This document shows, piece by piece, positions 62,907 through 64,000 of a stretch of DNA of 64,000 nucleotides. Under the pieces are notes generated by a model. It worked only from the letters and a program-made list of their open reading frames with translations. It was not told the DNA's origin and searched no databases. The DNA is taken from NCBI GenBank assembly GCA_964652955.1, contig CAZZCF010000001.1:12555-76554 (forward strand), in the 5' to 3' direction. A program made the position numbers and the translations under genes. Each line of letters begins with the position of its first letter. Within the stretch, counting starts at the first letter, position 1. This DNA comes from an uncultured Leptospirales bacterium. Its GTDB lineage: Bacteria > Spirochaetota > UBA4802 > JAKQUI01.

Positions 62907-64000
62907 ATGAAGCATACAAAACTGATTTTTGCAGTCCCGGTCTTTATCATCCTGCTCACTGAAGCTGTTTTCCCCGGGAGCTTACTGAAGGAGGCGGTGT
63001 TTTCACCGAAAAAAGCGGACATTTATTTCTACGTAAACGTTGCATCGGCACACCGATTCTTTCGGAAGAATGGTATTGACACCGCCGATGTGGTTCCCCT
63101 CTTCCAGAAGGACGCGAATCACCGTGAGAACCAGATCTTCCGGAAGGTGTATGATAACATACAGGAGATGCTCATTATCGGTCAGACTGAAAAGATTGAA
63201 CAGGATACCGGTGTCCTCGTCTTTATGAGCGTTAAGAATCACCGAACCTCTTTCCCCGCTGCGACGAAAAGGCTGAAGAGCCAATGGGCGGCCGGTAAGA
63301 AGGTTTATATATATGATGAGCGGCGCAATCTCTACCTCGCGACCATCGATAATATACTTGTGCTCGGTTTTAAGCCGAATGTTATATCCTACCTCGCGTC
63401 TCGGAAAGCGAAAAAGACGAAGAACACTATTCTGCTCGAAAAGGTAATCCCCAATTCCCGGGGTAAAACGGGGTATCTCTACATACCCGTCTCAAAGCAT
63501 ATTAAGAACGTGATGCAGGAGGCCCTCAAAAAGGGAGCCCGATGGGGCCGGGGATTGCACTCCAACGTCTTTGCCAGGGCGATGTTGAATCTCAGTTCGC
63601 TGGAGGTCGCATTTACCCTGCAGGAGCGCATCGCCCTCTTCTGCGAGCTCGAGTCAACGAACGCGCTTGACGGTGAACGGACGCTCATGGTAAGTCACTT
63701 TATGATTGTCGGGACCAGTATGGCTCTCTCCTTTGCCGATATGCTGTCGCGGTCTCTCGGGAAGACGCCCCCCCCGCCCGATGAAAAAATGGAGAAGATG
63801 CAGGCTGTTTTCGGGAGAATTCGAACAAAGCAGAAGAAGAAGGGGGTGCTCCTCTCTCTTGCCCTGAATGAGGAGGAGACCCGCGAGATTGTAAAATCGA
63901 TCAAGCATTCGATACAGGTTGCACGAGAGAAGCGCGAAAAGCTGCTGCAGGAGAAACGGATTGAAGATCTCTATGGAGCCGTGAAAGGGGATGATCCGGA
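62907..64000 (+). CDS. Hypothetical secreted/membrane-anchored protein, 3'-truncated by window end
   Basis: ATG 62907 after a GGGAG RBS; N-terminal hydrophobic segment 'LIFAVPVFIILL'. Open frame of at least 364 codons runs to the window edge; it is absent from the ORF track because no stop falls inside the window. Confidence 0.5.
   Translation, partial: MKHTKLIFAVPVFIILLTEAVFPGSLLKEAVFSPKKADIYFYVNVASAHRFFRKNGIDTADVVPLFQKDANHRENQIFRKVYDNIQEMLIIGQTEKIEQDTGVLVFMSVKNHRTSFPAATKRLKSQWAAGKKVYIYDERRNLYLATIDNILVLGFKPNVISYLASRKAKKTKNTILLEKVIPNSRGKTGYLYIPVSKHIKNVMQEALKKGARWGRGLHSNVFARAMLNLSSLEVAFTLQERIALFCELESTNALDGERTLMVSHFMIVGTSMALSFADMLSRSLGKTPPPPDEKMEKMQAVFGRIRTKQKKKGVLLSLALNEEETREIVKSIKHSIQVAREKREKLLQEKRIEDLYGAVKGDDP

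Noticed and set aside
63003-63908. Minus-strand ORFs (93, 69, 84 aa) near the 3' end
   Set aside because: They lie antisense within the long plus-strand open frame 62907-64000, which has an RBS and a signal peptide.

Overview
This 64-kb window looks like bacterial chromosome of moderately high GC (about 55-60% by eye), nearly gene-saturated on both strands. An anaerobic host is likely, since it carries a pyruvate:ferredoxin oxidoreductase and a PPi-type phosphofructokinase with the GGDD motif. I saw no rRNA, tRNA, CRISPR array, transposase or integrase.

Gene content in order:
- A polysaccharide/O-antigen cluster of about 10 kb at the 5' end: a wecB fragment, a Wzx flippase, a Wzy-like polymerase, one GT2 and two GT4 glycosyltransferases, a WbaP-family priming transferase and an O-antigen-ligase-domain protein.
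- A ComEC-like MBL hydrolase gene flanked by a short GTCATTGCGAG inverted-repeat family.
- rfbA-rfbC, a heptad-periodic repeat element, then rfbD-rfbB.
- hom-thrC followed by an MBL hydrolase, a signal peptidase I fused to a TM2 domain, and an SDR epimerase.
- A minus-strand run of adk, a 4TM protein, a PAS-PAS kinase-like protein, a MoxR-like AAA+ ATPase and a VWA protein.
- A MaoC dehydratase and an acyl-CoA synthetase, a second copy of the heptad repeat element, dus, and a standalone LeuA-allosteric-domain protein.
- An ECF sigma factor, anti-sigma factor, CsgG-like outer-membrane lipoprotein and a large Big/LamG surface lipoprotein.
- An AT-rich two-gene islet, a cupin, pfp, umuDC with a 14-bp inverted-repeat operator, and a dCMP deaminase.
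- eno-ftsB-DUF501-yrdC, a CheW-like orphan, PFOR (nifJ), an HXXEE protein and a Spy/CpxP-like protein.
- A second ECF sigma/anti-sigma pair in front of MacA-MacB-TolC efflux genes, an LCCL lipoprotein, a PilZ-like protein and a 3'-truncated secreted protein.

The two most unusual loci:
- The kinase-like/MoxR-AAA+/VWA operon at 20.8-25.6 kb. Its kinase has Phe at the phospho-acceptor position, its ATPase has a degenerate P-loop, and both the ATPase and the VWA protein carry long unassigned extensions.
- The roughly 1.2-kb AT-rich islet at 36.85-38.02 kb, which encodes a 2TM protein with a GAF-like domain plus a 68-aa ORF.
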